NCBI GenBank assembly: GCA_051313645.2
Contig: JBNRSN020000010.1
Span: 9,858,001 to 9,922,000, forward strand
Origin: Centroscyllium fabricii
Lineage: Eukaryota
Length of the DNA stretch: 64,000 nt
Direction: 5' to 3'
In this document: piece by piece, positions 62,401 to 64,000 of the stretch
Position numbering within the stretch: the stretch's first letter is position 1
Layout: each line of letters starts with the position of its first letter
The notes under the pieces: generated by a model
Seen by the model: the letters and a program-made list of their open reading frames with translations, nothing else
Databases searched by the model: none
What the model was told of the DNA's origin: nothing
Position numbers and translations under genes: made by a program

Positions 62401-64000
62401 AGTAAATAAGATGTAATCGTGCCCACCCTCTCTCAATGCTGCCTATAAACGTAGACCAGATGTGACTGTGCTCCTCCTTTCCCTGTATTTCCCATAAACT
62501 TGCACTAGATGCAAACGTGTACCTCCTGTCCCAGTGCTGCCCCGACACTTGCAGCAGCTGGGAACATGTCGCTCTTGTGCAGTGCTACGCATACACATGC
62601 AGGAAATCTGACCGCGCCCCTCCTGTACCGGTGTTACCACTACATTTGCACGAGATATGACGGTACCAACATTGACATAGTGTTACGCATCCACTGATGC
62701 TAGATATGACCATGCCTCTCCTGCCGCATTGTTAGTCCTACACTTGCACTGGATGGAACTATGCCTCTCCTTACCCAGTGTTACCGCTACTTTTAAACTA
62801 GATCTGAGCGGACTCCCGCAGTTCCAGTGCTACCCCAACATTTACACTAGATGCGACCGATGCTTCCCATTCCAGAAACAGCCCATATACGGACATGATT
62901 TGTGAAAGTTCCCCTCCTATCCCTGTGTTACCCCAACATTGACACAAGTTGTTACCGTTTCTCTCATTTCCGTTTTCTTATATACTATTACACTAGATGT
63001 GAATGTGACCCAACTGTCCCAGTGTCACCCATACACTTTTAATAGTTGTGACAGTGTCACTTCTGTTCCAGCTACCCCTAAACTGAAATTAAATGTGATG
63101 GTACCGCTCCTCTTTCAGCGATTGCCCTATACTGAGAGTAAATGTGTCCACTCCCCTCCTGTCCAAGTGCTACCCCTACTGTTCCAATAGATGTTCCTGC
63201 GCCCCTCCTGTCCAAGTGTTTCCCTGACACTCTTACTAGATGTGATCTTGACCCTCCTGTCCCAGCTTCCACTACACTGAAACTAGATATGATTGTACCT
63301 CTCCAGTGCCAGCACTTCCCGACAACTGATACTACATATATCCATGTCCCTCCTGTCCCAGTGCTACCCATGCACTTAGGTTCAATGTGACAGTGCCCTC
63401 CTGAATCTCTGTTAGTCCTATACTTTAAAGTAACGTGTGTATGCCCCTCCTCTCCAGTTTACCTTCTACACTGACACTAGAAGTTGACCGTGCCATTCCT
63501 GTCCCTGTTTTACCCCTACATTTACACGAGAGGTGTCCGTGCCCGTTCGGTTCAAGCGCTAGCCCTACCCTGACACAAAGTGTGAGCGTGGCCCTCCAGT
63601 CCCATGCTACCCATACGATTACACTAGATGTGACTGGGGCCCTACAGTTTCAGTGTTACCTCTACACTGACACTAGATGTGAGCCTGCCCATGATTCCCT
63701 AATTTCAACTCTAAACATACACTCGATGTGACCGTGACCCTGCTGTCGCGGTGCTAACTCTACACTTACATTAGATGTGATTTTGATCCTCCTGTCCCAG
63801 CTACGCTTACAGTGAAACTAGCTGGGACTGTATAGCTCCTGTGCCAGCGCTACCGCTAAACTGATACTAAATGTGTCCGTGCCCCTCTTGTCCCAGTGCT
63901 AACCCCACAATTAAACTAGGTGTGACCATGCCCCTCCTTTTGCTGCTTTAGCCATACACTGGCAAAATAAGTGAGAGTGTCACTCGTGTCCCATTGTTAA
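53490..64000 (+). repeat. Large 49-bp satellite array (>10 kb, runs off the window) with higher-order structure
   Basis: About 200 diverged monomers of CACTAGATGTGACCGTGCCCCTCCTGTCCCAGTGTTACCCCTACACTGA. Confidence 0.97.

Larger units (their letters stand above)
45868..64000 (+). repeat. Segmental duplication, copy B
   Basis: 45868-53480 is colinear with 25485-35680; 62460-64000 is colinear monomer by monomer with 35690-37260. Confidence 0.9.

Overview
Repeat-rich vertebrate genomic DNA, most likely from an elasmobranch (shark/ray); this is inferred from the HE1/V-SINE, DeuSINE-type SINE, CR1 and Penelope repeat types. The host-gene content is a cluster of three paralogous two-exon rhodopsin-class GPCR genes of the GPR139/GPR142-like type. 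One copy is intact (minus strand, exons 52884-52953 and 50798-51702, 324 aa). One is a pseudogene with a stop and a frameshift (minus, 32991-35150). One is a more diverged pseudogene split by a young CR1 LINE (plus, 13060-18006). Each copy has an alignable ~250-bp promoter and, just upstream and in the same gene-relative orientation, a 48/49-bp satellite array. The two minus-strand copies lie in a direct segmental duplication (~25.5-37.3 kb vs ~45.9-64 kb), so filled and empty sites can be compared. That comparison gives exact boundaries for a chromovirus LTR element, a 5S-rRNA-derived SINE, a Harbinger-type MITE and a palindromic Penelope-type insertion with minimal hammerhead ribozyme motifs. 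Also present: a full-length CsRn1-clade Gypsy element, a hAT MITE, L2/CR1 relics and an orphan ZNF143/THAP11 motif pair. All alignments and counts were made by eye; no searches were run.
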